From assembly GCA_947085205.1 (NCBI GenBank), contig CAMTVO010000009.1, positions 1 through 63,488 on the forward strand: DNA of 63,488 bases. Direction: 5' to 3'. The position numbers were made by a program, and so were the translations under genes. Under the pieces are notes generated by a model. The model made no database searches. It was not told the DNA's origin and saw only the letters and a list, made by a program, of their open reading frames with translations. Shown in pieces: positions 39,520 through 50,434 of the stretch. The stretch comes from an uncultured Nitrospiraceae bacterium. GTDB taxonomy: Bacteria; Nitrospirota; Thermodesulfovibrionia; Thermodesulfovibrionales; Dissulfurispiraceae. The number at the start of each line of letters is the position of its first letter. The stretch's first letter is position 1.

Positions 39520-40275
39520 GTGAAGAAATTATGGGTCAGGGATTGGGGATTGGTAATAATTGTATTTTTCCTGATCACTGATTGCCTTGCCCTTACTGAT
39601 ATGGAAATCAGCAAATTTCAGTCTGAAATAAAAAACAAACCAATCGGTGAAAAGATAGCTGCATGGGCGGAAAAATTTGTAGGCGCGCCTTATGATAAAG
39701 ACCCAATGGGAGAGTATGTCTCCAGAGCGGTTATTGTTGCGGACGAAAGGGTGGACTGCATGTATCTCACATTCAGGGCGGTAGAGCTTGCCCTGAGCAA
39801 TTCTCCGGATAAGGCAGTCGGGATAGCGTTGGATAAAAGGTTTCACTCAAAGGGCATTCTTAAAGACGGTATTGTAATAAATTATGATGACCGATTTGAA
39901 TACGGCGAGGACATGATATACAGCGGTAAGTGGGGCGAGGAGATAACTGCAGAAATAGGAAGAACCATAGAAATAAAAGGATCAAGGGGCAGAGATTTAA
40001 TTGATATGCTCCCACCTGATGAGCTGATGAAAGGAGTGCAAAAATTAAAAAGCGGCGATATCATCTTCTTTATAAAAGACGCTAAAAAAAGAATTTCAGG
40101 AGAAATAGTAGGGCACATAGGAATCATTAAGACAGAAAACAGGAAACAACAAGAGATTTATTTGATTCACGCAAGCGGGATAAAAGGCAAGGGCGGCTCG
40201 GTAAAAAAGGTTTTATTGAAAGACTATATCAGGAAAATGCCCTTTGTAGGAGCTAAGATTACAAGGTTTTATTAG
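39520..40275 (+). CDS. Exported DUF1460/NlpC-P60-like amidase
   Basis: Signal peptide, VGAPY, VDCM, GDIIF, HIGI, LIHAS. Confidence 0.7.
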   Translation: MKKLWVRDWGLVIIVFFLITDCLALTDMEISKFQSEIKNKPIGEKIAAWAEKFVGAPYDKDPMGEYVSRAVIVADERVDCMYLTFRAVELALSNSPDKAVGIALDKRFHSKGILKDGIVINYDDRFEYGEDMIYSGKWGEEITAEIGRTIEIKGSRGRDLIDMLPPDELMKGVQKLKSGDIIFFIKDAKKRISGEIVGHIGIIKTENRKQQEIYLIHASGIKGKGGSVKKVLLKDYIRKMPFVGAKITRFY

Positions 40276-40278
40276 TCT

Positions 40279-40482
40279 TTACAGCTTTTTCAGTATATCA
40301 GGGAGTTGGGTCTTAAAATCAGGATGAACCCTTCCCAGAAAGATCTTCAATCCTTTTATCTCCAACTTCAAGTCGTTTATCTCGCTCAATGCCTTTTCCA
40401 ATTTTGTAACCTTATCGGTAAGGGTCTTTAACTCTTTTTCTACAAGAGCAGCTTTTTCCTGCAAAGCAATTATATCCTTCAT
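40279..40482 (-). CDS. Small coiled-coil protein
   Basis: 67 aa, AAAGGAG RBS. Confidence 0.6.
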   Translation of the reverse strand: MKDIIALQEKAALVEKELKTLTDKVTKLEKALSEINDLKLEIKGLKIFLGRVHPDFKTQLPDILKKL

Positions 40483-40507
40483 CGTTGACTCCTTTTATTT
40501 TCTCGCA

Positions 40508-40600
40508 TTATTTTCTCCTCTGCGCCCTTGTCCTTTTGCGAAGCTTTCTATGTTTGTGCTTACGCATCTTCTTCTTACGCCACTTTGCTACATTGCCCAC
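40508..40600 (-). CDS. bS22/AURKAIP1-COX24-like small basic ribosomal protein (not in the ORF track)
   Basis: MGNVAKWRKKKMRKHKHRKLRKRTRAQRRK*; GTG start with AGGAGGTG RBS. Confidence 0.85.
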   Translation of the reverse strand: MGNVAKWRKKKMRKHKHRKLRKRTRAQRRK

Positions 40601-40604
40601 ACCA

Positions 40605-43600
40605 TCACCTCCTTAACTCCTTAACCCCTAACTCTTTAACTCTATCACGCGCTGCTTCCATAAAAGCCTCCAACTGAAGCTCAATGGCCGGAGACTCTGT
40701 CCCATCATACGGAATGCTTATACAGGGGACGCCGTATTCTTTACTTACTGCCTTCATCAATGCAGCTACTATAGTGCCGGGCATGCAGCCAAAAGGCATG
40801 GCATTTATAATGCCTGATGCGCCTCTTTCTATAAGGTCTATAGCCTTGCCTATACTTAAAACCGTTTCGCCCTCAAAGGTATCAGAGACATAAGGCGATG
40901 CCTTTTTCAATATTTCCGCCGTCTTTGGTTCTCTTAAGGTATTCAAATATCCCTTGAAAGGCCTCTCGAGCCTATGCTGGATCCTCTCCTGAAAGAACCT
41001 CTTCAAGAAGATATTAATCATAGCAGACCTGTCTTTTTTTATCAATGCCCTCCTGAATGAGAGTGTATCTACATAATAAAGCCATTCCTCCATTGGTGCA
41101 AGCCACACTTCTCCTCCCGTGGATTCGATCTTTCTGACAAGGCCTTCATTGGAAAACCTGTGCAACCTCACAAAGATCTCCCCAATGATACCAATAAGGG
41201 GCCTCGTTTCCTTTCTCTTAGGTACAGACATGAAGTCATTTCTCATCTTTTTAAGCAGTCCTTCCATGTCCCCGTTTCTACCCCTCAGTCCCTGATATAT
41301 CTTTTCACGGTATATCTCGTATATCCCTTCGGAATCCCCTTCCATCTTCTCATATGGTCTCGTCTCGTGGAGGCACTTTGTGAGCATCTCATAGGCGACT
41401 ATACCTGTCCATGCCTTCCTTGAGTAATCCCTCCTCTCAACACCCATGTCAGCGAAAAACTGAATATCCTGCTCAGGCGCAAGTACCGGGACATCCTTTA
41501 GTCCTAACTTCTCAAGTATCAGTCTGTGGGACACGTTGTATTGCCCGAATCTGCATGGTCCGCTAGCAGAGGGCATAAAGAAGGCCGCCTCATCAGGTCT
41601 GAATCCAGGTGAAAAGACCACCTTCAGCATATCACCAGATGTTACGATATAAGGATAACACTCCTTGCCCGACACATACCGCCTGCCGATGTCCACAGAT
41701 TTTTTATCGGATTCGGGCAGGACCTCGGCAGGCGCGCCGCAATATTCAAAAGCTGCCTTCAGGGCAAAGGCATGGTCAGCCATGCGAGGTATAAAGACAG
41801 TACGTTTTTTAAGTGATGGGTAATGCGTAACGCGTGATGAGTCTCTGTTCTTAGTCTTTAGCTCATTACGCATTACGCTTAACGCATCGCGCCTTTGTTG
41901 TTCAACGCTGTCAAGGAATGCCTCGCATCTTGTTATTGCGCCTGCATCTGCACTGTGTTCGTCTATCTCGATGTGCAGGAACGGTTTCTCCCCCATCTCT
42001 TCTTTAAAATATTTAAGAATGAATGAATCAGGGCCGCATGAGAAGTTTCCTATATAAATGGCGTACAGATTAGGCGTATTTCTCACGAACCTCGCAGCCC
42101 TCAATATCCTCTGCCCCGACCTCCAGTACATATTCGGCCATGAATCCTGAAGCCTTTCATGCTCAAGCGGAAGCATATCCATAGGTATCGAAATAACGTC
42201 GATATTTGACAGCTTCTTCGGAATATCGAGATTTACGCCTGAATCAAAAGAATTATATGCCCTGCCGATGATAACAATAGTTGGGAGTTTAGAGTTAAGA
42301 GTTTGGAGTTCAGGATTTATATCTTCCTTGCTCTGTCTTCTGTCTTCTGTCTTCTGTATTCTGTCTAATATCTCCCTTCCCTTTTCTTTAATCGCACTCT
42401 GGAATTCATCCTGAACTGACTGGGCAAGCCTAATCGCCCTTTCAATGCCCTTATCCCTGACGCCATAGTCACCTAAAGCCCTTTTTATTTCCTTCTTGAG
42501 ATAGTTCATACCAAGCCCAAGGTCAATAACAGGAGTAATCGTCTTCAAACCCTTAATCGCAGCCCTCGAGACATAAGGAATTGTCTGTACATACGGACAC
42601 GACACGCCTTTTTTGAACTCATCGCCGTTCTGGTTTATACTGATAAAACTTGGAATGAATACAGCCTCTACTCCGGCATCCTTAAGCCATTTAATATGTC
42701 CATGTGCGACCTTCACAGGAAGGCACGTCTCGGAAAGCACATTCTCTACTCCGAGGTTGATAATCTGCTTATTCGTCTTTGGAGATACAACAACCTCAAA
42801 GCCCAATTCCCATAAAAATGTTGACCAGAAAGGCAAATAATCGTGGAAGGAAAAAATGTAAGGGATTCCGATTTTAGTCCGTGATGCGTGATCCGTGATC
42901 CGTGATGAGACGCATAACGCTTTACGCTTTTCATGTTCTTTCCACAGCATCTCTTCCCTGAATGCAAAGAGGTCCGGAACCTCTGACTTTTTAGCGCGCC
43001 TTACGTCATATTTCTCGCATCTTCCTCCGTAAAAAAGATTGCCTTCCTCTCCCTGAACCTTCACCATGTTTATCTCGCAGACATTGGGGCAGCTTTTGCA
43101 TTCAAATGAGCTTATCTCATACCGTCTCTTTGAAAGCTCAAAACCCTTGAATTTAGTACTGCTTTTCATATAATCTCTGACAATCAGCGCCATCCCAATG
43201 GCACCAGTAACATCATGATTAGGCGGGACAGTTACCGTCCTGCCGACATAATTTTCAAAGGCTGCAACAACCGCCTTGTTAAAGGCTACTCCGCCCTGAA
43301 AGAAGATGTTTTCGCCGATAGACTTGCCCGCGACAACCCTATTTATGTAATTCTGTACGATAGAATATGCGAGCCCTGCAAGGAGACTGTCTTTATCAGC
43401 GCCCCTCTGGAGATTTGACATGAGAGAGTTTTCCATAAACACAGTGCACCGCTCTCCGAGCCTGCAAGGATTTTTTGAGCGGAATGCGCATTCTGCAAAT
43501 TGGTCTTTTACGGAAATATCGAGCTTTTCGGCCTGTTCTTCTATAAAAGAGCCTGTGCCTGCAGCGCACGCCTTGTTCATTTCGAAATCGACAATGATAC

Positions 43601-44879
43601 CGTCCCTTATCGAGATATACTTCGAGTCCTGCCCGCCTATCTCGAATATGGTATCCACTTTAGGATCGATAAATATTGCGGCAGTTGCCTGAGCGGTAAT
43701 CTCGTTCTTCACAATATCGGCGCCGACATAATCCGCTATCATATACCTGCCTGAGCCTGTAGTGCCCACGCCCATAATCTCCACATTGTCTCCGATTTCA
43801 GAATAAATCTCTTCAAGCCCTTGTTTCACAGCCTCTATAGGCCTGCCGGCAGTCATAAGATAACGCTTTGCAAGCAGATTGCCGTTCTCATCTGCTACAG
43901 CAAGGTTTGTGCTTATAGAACCTATATCAATGCCGAGATAAGCCTTAATCTTAGAAGGCGATAGGTTTTTATTTTTTTCTGACTGCTGACTGTCTTTAAT
44001 GTGTCTTTCAAAAAAGTCATCATCTCCCGATATTAAAGGCGCATAACCATGCTCGGAGAATTTTGTGGATGAAACGAATTGTTCCAGCCTCTCTAAATCA
44101 AATGCATTCACGAAGTTTTCATCAATGTTCTTCAAGGCTGCGCCCAATGCGCCCATAAATGCAAAATCAGGCGGGACAAACAATTCATCAAGCTCAAAGA
44201 CCTCTCTAAATGCCCTTACCATGCCTTTATTTGCGGCCACTCCGCCCTGAAACGCCGCTGGAAGTCTCAAATCCCTTCCTTTTGCAATTGTACCCTTGAA
44301 ATTCCTCGCAACGGCAAAACAGAGGCCGGCAACGATGTCCTCCATAGGGGTGGCAATCTGCTGCAAGTGTATCATGTCTGATTTTGCAAAGACACTGCAC
44401 CTGCCTGCAATCTTTGAAGGTCTCTTTGACCTTGCTGCAATCTCGCTGAATTCTTCTATGCTCAACCTCAATCTTTCTGCCTGCTGCTCAAGAAATGAGC
44501 CTGTACCTGCAGCGCATACGGAGTTCATCGAAAAGTCCTTTATGTTTCCGTTATCCAAAATGATAAGCTTTGAGTCCTCTCCTCCGAGTTCGATGACGGT
44601 GTTGATACGAGGGAATAATTTTTTTATTGAATAAGACTGCGCGACAATCTCGTTGACCGGTTTGATATTAAGAGCAGAAGCGATAATCTTTCCTGCAGAG
44701 CCGGTTATCGACAGGGAGCTTTCTGGAAATCTTTCCTTTATCCCCTTCAATAGCCTTAATGCTACACTGACAGTATGACCGCAATGTCTTACATAATGTC
44801 CTTCAACCTTACTGCCGTTTTCATCAAGGACAACAATCTTAACAGCAACCGAACCGGCATCAAGGCCAATAAAATGCAT
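40605..44879 (-). CDS. 2-hydroxyacyl-CoA dehydratase activase fusion (two ASKHA ATPase domains plus DUF2229-like)
   Basis: Two GxDxGS / GGxDSK / CAAGTGSF modules; CLPVKVAHGH, SCGPD, PFGCMP. Confidence 0.9.
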   Translation of the reverse strand: MHFIGLDAGSVAVKIVVLDENGSKVEGHYVRHCGHTVSVALRLLKGIKERFPESSLSITGSAGKIIASALNIKPVNEIVAQSYSIKKLFPRINTVIELGGEDSKLIILDNGNIKDFSMNSVCAAGTGSFLEQQAERLRLSIEEFSEIAARSKRPSKIAGRCSVFAKSDMIHLQQIATPMEDIVAGLCFAVARNFKGTIAKGRDLRLPAAFQGGVAANKGMVRAFREVFELDELFVPPDFAFMGALGAALKNIDENFVNAFDLERLEQFVSSTKFSEHGYAPLISGDDDFFERHIKDSQQSEKNKNLSPSKIKAYLGIDIGSISTNLAVADENGNLLAKRYLMTAGRPIEAVKQGLEEIYSEIGDNVEIMGVGTTGSGRYMIADYVGADIVKNEITAQATAAIFIDPKVDTIFEIGGQDSKYISIRDGIIVDFEMNKACAAGTGSFIEEQAEKLDISVKDQFAECAFRSKNPCRLGERCTVFMENSLMSNLQRGADKDSLLAGLAYSIVQNYINRVVAGKSIGENIFFQGGVAFNKAVVAAFENYVGRTVTVPPNHDVTGAIGMALIVRDYMKSSTKFKGFELSKRRYEISSFECKSCPNVCEINMVKVQGEEGNLFYGGRCEKYDVRRAKKSEVPDLFAFREEMLWKEHEKRKALCVSSRITDHASRTKIGIPYIFSFHDYLPFWSTFLWELGFEVVVSPKTNKQIINLGVENVLSETCLPVKVAHGHIKWLKDAGVEAVFIPSFISINQNGDEFKKGVSCPYVQTIPYVSRAAIKGLKTITPVIDLGLGMNYLKKEIKRALGDYGVRDKGIERAIRLAQSVQDEFQSAIKEKGREILDRIQKTEDRRQSKEDINPELQTLNSKLPTIVIIGRAYNSFDSGVNLDIPKKLSNIDVISIPMDMLPLEHERLQDSWPNMYWRSGQRILRAARFVRNTPNLYAIYIGNFSCGPDSFILKYFKEEMGEKPFLHIEIDEHSADAGAITRCEAFLDSVEQQRRDALSVMRNELKTKNRDSSRVTHYPSLKKRTVFIPRMADHAFALKAAFEYCGAPAEVLPESDKKSVDIGRRYVSGKECYPYIVTSGDMLKVVFSPGFRPDEAAFFMPSASGPCRFGQYNVSHRLILEKLGLKDVPVLAPEQDIQFFADMGVERRDYSRKAWTGIVAYEMLTKCLHETRPYEKMEGDSEGIYEIYREKIYQGLRGRNGDMEGLLKKMRNDFMSVPKRKETRPLIGIIGEIFVRLHRFSNEGLVRKIESTGGEVWLAPMEEWLYYVDTLSFRRALIKKDRSAMINIFLKRFFQERIQHRLERPFKGYLNTLREPKTAEILKKASPYVSDTFEGETVLSIGKAIDLIERGASGIINAMPFGCMPGTIVAALMKAVSKEYGVPCISIPYDGTESPAIELQLEAFMEAARDRVKELGVKELRR

Positions 44880-45049
44880 CGTCCCTCCATTGAAAAATTC
44901 TCTGATGTATATACGGCAATGTCGTAGAAATTTATAATTTTAGTCTATTACATTGGAAAATGTTTTATCAATACCCATACAGAACCACAATACAAATCTT
45001 TTGAAATCTCACTTTTAAGTATAAGTATTTTATCGTTTATTTATGTGTG

Positions 45050-45612
45050 TTAGAAGACCTTCTCTATTTCAACTTCAAAACCTTCAAGAAGCTTTGACTT
45101 TATACTGCCTTTTTGCTGTCCTTGATTGAAGAGTTTAAACCCGCTGTTTGTATTCTCATAAACCTCTATGCTCTTTTCCATGGGGTCAACTATCCAGTAT
45201 TCCTTCACACCTGTTTTCTCATATACATGTTTTTTGTGTCTTAAATCATAATATGCAGTTGCAGGGGAGAGTATTTCAATTACAAGGTCAGGGGCTGCCT
45301 CTATCTTTTTTTCGCCGATTATATTAAGCCTTTCCTTTGATATAAAAATAATGTCGGGCTGATAGGTCTCAGTTTCGGATAGATAAACATCCATTGGTGC
45401 AAAAATAATTTCTCCGAGGTTTTTTGTTCATTAAACTTTAATGCCTCAACTCCGATATTTCTTGATATTATTTGATGATAAGGCATAGGTGACGGTATCA
45501 TGATTAGTTCTCCTCCTACTAATTGATACGGTGCGCCTTCTGGAAGCTTTTCATAGTCTTCATAGGTATATTGTTTTTTGATAGTTTCCTTTTCTAATAA
45601 TGTACTTGTCAT
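45050..45612 (-). pseudogene. Uma2/DUF820 endonuclease with a 1-nt frameshift in an A6 run (45420..45425)
   Basis: N-terminal half YTYEDY..YQLVGG..PSP..HQ and C-terminal half QPDI..APDLVIEILSP..GVKEYWIVDP lie in different frames; one extra A joins them. Confidence 0.85.
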
Positions 45613-45787
45613 ACAAAACACCTCCTCGTCGGTTCTATAGCTAAATTATAGCAATTATATAACACTTTTTCATTATCATAATCCGTAATGAAACCCTCAT
45701 GAGCCTTTGGCTCACAAAGGAAAATTTGAACCCATTGTACTAGCTCACTAATTCGGTAACTTTTTGTAGTTTATCAAAATGTAAGTC

Positions 45788-45882
45788 TGTCATTGTCCTC
45801 CTCCGGCTTGACCGGGGGATTGACCGGACAATCCAGAAGTCATTGAAAACACTGGATTCCCCGATTAAATCGGGGAATGACA
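45788..45882. repeat. TGTCATT-type REP element
   Basis: TGTCATTG...ATCCAG...CTGGATTCCCCGATTAAATCGGGGAATGACA. Confidence 0.6.
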
Positions 45883-45896
45883 AATTTTAAAAAAAT

Positions 45897-45920
45897 AAAA
45901 GGGGCGTTTTAACGCCCCTT
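45897..45920 (-). terminator. Terminator after pilA
   Basis: AAGGGGCGTT/AACGCCCCTT stem plus T-run. Confidence 0.75.
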
Positions 45921-45957
45921 GAAAAATAGAACCGTCCCATTTTAGGTCTTGGTCCTT

Positions 45958-46395
45958 TTACGACCAAACTCCAGTTCCGCCAGGTCCATTTACAGTAAAT
46001 GTTGTACGATTGGCTCTCGTGGCACCTGGATTTGTAACAACAATTGTATAGGTAGTAGCAGTAGGATTAGTAATAGTTACTGTATTACCTGCGCTTATGG
46101 CGACAGTCGGAGCGCCTCCAGCAGCGCAGACGCCTGCAAGTGCAGGAGTAGCCGGGCCTGTAGTTGCAGCCAATGTTGCATATGCCTGACAATCAGCAAA
46201 AACAGCTTCCAGCGCTGTAGCTGCATTCTTTCCATCAGATGACATAGTTGCCTCAATACCCCTTTGCCTATAAGCTGCAAACTGTGGTATTGCTATCGCT
46301 GCCAGTATTGCGATAATGGCAATGACGATTAATAATTCTACAAGGGTAAAACCCCTGTTATCCCTTACCTTCATTTTACTAATTGCTTTAAACAT
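45958..46395 (-). CDS. pilA: Type IV major pilin
   Basis: G^FTLVELLIVIAIIAILAAIAIPQF. Confidence 0.92.
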   Translation of the reverse strand: MFKAISKMKVRDNRGFTLVELLIVIAIIAILAAIAIPQFAAYRQRGIEATMSSDGKNAATALEAVFADCQAYATLAATTGPATPALAGVCAAGGAPTVAISAGNTVTITNPTATTYTIVVTNPGATRANRTTFTVNGPGGTGVWS

Positions 46396-46504
46396 TTCTT
46401 AACCCTCCGATTGAAGATTTCATCCGCCAATGGCGGATTTGCAGCCTTTTATTTCACCCCCTTTGCCTCAGACATCGATAATCTGGACTTTTACATATTT
46501 GTAG

Positions 46505-46620
46505 AGCATGTTTTATGCCAGAATACACCAACTTATAACAGATTGATTTTTAATGATATTGAAAAAGAATAAAAACTGAAAACAAACAATCTCTGTCACT
46601 TTAATTGACAAAAATTGTCA
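46505..46620 (-). promoter_or_regulatory. sigma54 promoter of pilA with IHF site and candidate PilR sites
   Basis: TGGCATAAAACATGCT (GG-N10-GC) at 46505..46520; AATCAAtctgTTA at 46536..46548; TGTCA/TGACA repeats at 46594..46620. Confidence 0.75.
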
Positions 46621-46641
46621 GTCGCCCTACACTATTTATAA

Positions 46642-47787
46642 ATGTATTTGTCATCCTTTTTCAACTATTACAGGATCGGGCGGTTCATATTTGCACTGGC
46701 ATTGCTGATATCGTTCCAGATTGCAGGCCTGCCTTATGCCCTACCTAAATTGACGTATATCCTGGCTATATACAGTTTTATAGTCATGTTCAGGCTTTTC
46801 GTTACATCCGAAAAGGTCAATTATTTCGACTTCCTTTTGGATATCGTTTTCATTTCGGCAATGGTTTATATAAACCTCGAAATGTATTCATATCTGACCC
46901 TTCTCTACCTGTTTCCCATATTTTTTTCCTCTGTCCTGATAAAAACTAAGAAGATGTTTATATTCCCGGTTACAGCAGTGATTCTTTATGGAGCGGTTTA
47001 TTACATGAGCGGAATTACTAACCCAAAAGAAGGTATCCTGAATATTTCCCTGCATTTGCTTTCCTTCTCCCTCATCGCCCTCGCAGGAGACAATCTAAAA
47101 GAAAGGTTGGAAGAGCAAGAGGAGCATATCAGGCGCTTGGAGGAAGATAAGATAAAGATGAAAGGATACGAAAGGCTGTACAGGGTGAGCGCTGATTTAG
47201 CGCATGAGCTGAGAAATCCGCTTGCATCCATCTCTGCTGCAGCGCAGTTCTTACAGGAAGGCAGGAATGACAGGGAATTTATCGATATGCTAAGCACGGA
47301 AACAAAACGGCTCGCGAATCTCGTTAATGACTTCCTGCTGTTCTCCCGTCCATCGGATGCGCCGAAAGAAGAAGTTGATTTATCCGAGACCTTGAAGTCT
47401 TTGATAAACCGTCAGGAGAGTGACAAAAAAATATCGCTCGAAATCATAAACAATGCCGCCGTTATTGCAAACAGGACATTTATGGGGGTTGCGCTGAACA
47501 ATATTATTAAAAACGCCATCGAAGCTGCGAAGTCGGAGATAAGAGTCTCACTTCTGCGAAATCAAAAAGAAACAAGGATAGAAATAGAAGATGACGGTGC
47601 AGGGATAGATAAGGACATGAAAGACAGGATATTTGAACCATTTGTAACGACAAAAGCCAATGGCACAGGACTCGGGCTGGCAATAGCATACAGGATAATA
47701 ACGAGTTTGGGAGGGAATATTATGGTAAACAAATCTCCTTTCGGAGGGGCAAAGTTTACGATTGTGTTTCCCGCAAAAGAAACGTAA
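46642..47787 (+). CDS. pilS: Sensor histidine kinase (PilS-like)
   Basis: TM region, AHELRNPL, NAIEA, DDGAGI, GTGLGL; divergent from pilA. Confidence 0.85.
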   Translation: MYLSSFFNYYRIGRFIFALALLISFQIAGLPYALPKLTYILAIYSFIVMFRLFVTSEKVNYFDFLLDIVFISAMVYINLEMYSYLTLLYLFPIFFSSVLIKTKKMFIFPVTAVILYGAVYYMSGITNPKEGILNISLHLLSFSLIALAGDNLKERLEEQEEHIRRLEEDKIKMKGYERLYRVSADLAHELRNPLASISAAAQFLQEGRNDREFIDMLSTETKRLANLVNDFLLFSRPSDAPKEEVDLSETLKSLINRQESDKKISLEIINNAAVIANRTFMGVALNNIIKNAIEAAKSEIRVSLLRNQKETRIEIEDDGAGIDKDMKDRIFEPFVTTKANGTGLGLAIAYRIITSLGGNIMVNKSPFGGAKFTIVFPAKET

Positions 47788-47865
47788 AGAGTCGAGTGTC
47801 GAGTGTCAAGAGTCGAGAATCAAGTCACGCTTGACGTATGACGCTTGACGCATTATGGAGGTTTT

Positions 47866-49200
47866 ATGCGCGCGTTAATTGTTGATGATGAACAGAATAT
47901 CAGAAAGGTATTAAAGGCCATTCTTTCTGAAGGTGATTTTGAAGTCCATGAGGCAGCAAGCGTAATAGATGCTAATAATCTAATAAACAAGTACTATTTC
48001 GACACCGCACTCATTGACCTTCGCCTTCCGGATGGCTCCGGGATTGAAATACTCAGGACAACAAAAGAACAAAACCCCGAAACCGTGGTGCTTATAATTA
48101 CTGCGTTTGCATCAACGGAGACAGCAATAGAGGCGATGAAGTCAGGGGCATATGATTATGTGACAAAGCCCTTTAATCTGGATGAAATAAGGATTGTCCT
48201 GAAGAACATAAGGGAAAAAATAACCATCCAGAGGAAAGTCCGAGAACTCCAGCAATATGCGGATGCATATCAGGATATCATTGGAAAGTCTGAGGCTATG
48301 AAAATGGTATTTAATATGATAGATAAGATAGCGCCATTTGATACCAATGTCCTCATAACTGGAAAAAGCGGTACAGGCAAAGAACTGGTTGCAAAGGCAA
48401 TACACGAAAAAAGCAGGAGGGCGAAAAAATCATTCGTTGCTATAAACTGTGCCAGCCTGCCGGCAGAACTACTTGAGAGTGAATTGTTTGGATACACTAA
48501 GGGCTCTTTCACGGGCGCCTACACATCAAAGCGAGGGTTAATAGATGAGGCAAGTGGCGGGACATTATTTCTGGATGAAATAGGCGAAATGCCTTTGTCG
48601 CTGCAGGCAAAACTCTTGCGATTCTTAGAAGAGAAAAAAATCAGGCCCATTGGCAGCACGAATGAGATAGAGGTTGACGTAAGGATAATTGCCTCAACAA
48701 ATAAAGCACTGAAGGATTCGCTGGAAAAAGGTGAATTCAGAGAAGACCTCTACTACAGGCTCGCAACATTTGAAATAAAACTTCCTTCTTTAAGAGAAAG
48801 ACGTGAAGATATTCCGTTGCTCATTGACCACTTTGTAAGGTTATTTTCAAGGAAGTTTCAGAAAAACATATCCAGAATTGACCCTGCGTTTGTTGACTTC
48901 ATAATGCATCAGGAACTCAAAGGCAATGTCAGGGAGCTGAAAAACATAATAGAGCGAGAGGTCATCCTTTCTGAGAATGGATATCTAAAATGCAACGCAT
49001 GTTCAGCGCCAGCAGGCATAAACCAGCCCAGCTCAGAGATTTTAGAAGTGGGAATAGACCTGAATAAATATCTTGCAAATGTGGAGAGGGACTTATTACA
49101 CAAAGCACTGCAAATGGCAACCGGCGTAAAAACAAAGGCCGCGGAGATTCTGGGATTATCGTTCAGGGAGTTCAGATACAGACTGTCTAAGTATAAGTAG
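47866..49200 (+). CDS. pilR: sigma54-dependent response regulator (PilR-like)
   Basis: Receiver domain, GKSGTGKE, GSFTGA, LFLDEIGE, C-terminal SFREFRYRL HTH. Confidence 0.88.
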   Translation: MRALIVDDEQNIRKVLKAILSEGDFEVHEAASVIDANNLINKYYFDTALIDLRLPDGSGIEILRTTKEQNPETVVLIITAFASTETAIEAMKSGAYDYVTKPFNLDEIRIVLKNIREKITIQRKVRELQQYADAYQDIIGKSEAMKMVFNMIDKIAPFDTNVLITGKSGTGKELVAKAIHEKSRRAKKSFVAINCASLPAELLESELFGYTKGSFTGAYTSKRGLIDEASGGTLFLDEIGEMPLSLQAKLLRFLEEKKIRPIGSTNEIEVDVRIIASTNKALKDSLEKGEFREDLYYRLATFEIKLPSLRERREDIPLLIDHFVRLFSRKFQKNISRIDPAFVDFIMHQELKGNVRELKNIIEREVILSENGYLKCNACSAPAGINQPSSEILEVGIDLNKYLANVERDLLHKALQMATGVKTKAAEILGLSFREFRYRLSKYK

Positions 49201-49204
49201 GAAT

Positions 49205-50419
49205 TTACTTCCCGATGACTTCTCCCATCTTGAATATCGGGAGATAAAGCGCTACAACAATATAACCGATGGTTATTCCTAAAAATACCATGAGCATTGG
49301 CTCCAACATTGTTGTAAGATTTGCAACGGAATCATCCACTTCGTCATCGTAAAAGTCGGCTATTTTTACAAGCATCTGGTCAAGTGCGCCTGTAGATTCG
49401 CCGACATTTATCATCTGAACGACCATCTGGGGAAATACATCGGACTTCGAAAGGGGCTCTGCAACGGTCTTACCGGATGCCACCTCCCTTCTAACCTCGA
49501 AAACAACTTCTTCCACAACCTTATTGCCCGAAGACCTTGCGCATATATCAAGGCCGTCTAATATGGGAACGCCGCTGCTTATCAGGGTTCCAAGTGTCCT
49601 TGTGAATCTCGCAACTGCAACCTTTCGCAAGAGGTTTCCAATTACAGGCGCCTTGAGCAGAAGCCTGTCGGTATTTTTTCTGCCTGCCTCGGTTCTTCTG
49701 TACTGCCTTATCCCAAAAATCGCTGATATCAACCCTGCCAGTATCACCACGCCGCCGATGCCGCCAAGAAAATTACTTAGCCATATGACACTCATTGTCG
49801 GCGCCGGAAGTTTTGCTCCCATCTCTGTAAATATCTTTGAAAATATGGGGATAACCCATATCATGATTATGGAAATAACAAGCACAGCGACGGATATGAC
49901 AATTGCAGGGTATATCATTGCGCCCTTGACCTTTTTCTTGAGCTTCATTGCCTTTTCGATATAACCTGCAAGCCTCATAAGCACTGCATCTAAGACGCCG
50001 CCTGCTTCTCCGGCAGCCACGAGGTTTACATAAAGGTCATCAAATATCCTCGGGTGTTTTTTCAGGGCATCAGCGAGGGTTGTGCCTGTCTCTACATCAG
50101 CTTTTATTTGTGTTATTACAGCGCCGAGGGACTTGTTTCCCGCCTGTTTTGACATTATGTCAAGGCCCTGCACAATCGGTATGCCTGCGATAAACATTGT
50201 GGCAAACTGCCTTGTGAAGACAACAATATCCTTATCTGTAATCTTCTGTCTTTTGGGTCCGAAGAGTTTTTTGGATGGCGCTGTTTCGGTGATAACTGTG
50301 GGGAGTATGCCCTGCCTTCTCAAAGCCGAGATTACTTCATCTTTGCTATTTGCGGACATCTCTCCGCTCTTTGGCTCTCCTTTCAGAGTCTTTCCGGCCC
50401 ATTTAAAGGTTATAGGCAT
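49205..50419 (-). CDS. pilC: Type IV pilus platform protein
   Basis: FTRQFATM, GEAGGVL, RFTRTLGTL, GESTGAL. Confidence 0.92.
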   Translation of the reverse strand: MPITFKWAGKTLKGEPKSGEMSANSKDEVISALRRQGILPTVITETAPSKKLFGPKRQKITDKDIVVFTRQFATMFIAGIPIVQGLDIMSKQAGNKSLGAVITQIKADVETGTTLADALKKHPRIFDDLYVNLVAAGEAGGVLDAVLMRLAGYIEKAMKLKKKVKGAMIYPAIVISVAVLVISIIMIWVIPIFSKIFTEMGAKLPAPTMSVIWLSNFLGGIGGVVILAGLISAIFGIRQYRRTEAGRKNTDRLLLKAPVIGNLLRKVAVARFTRTLGTLISSGVPILDGLDICARSSGNKVVEEVVFEVRREVASGKTVAEPLSKSDVFPQMVVQMINVGESTGALDQMLVKIADFYDDEVDDSVANLTTMLEPMLMVFLGITIGYIVVALYLPIFKMGEVIGK

Positions 50420-50434
50420 ACGCCTCCCTTATTA

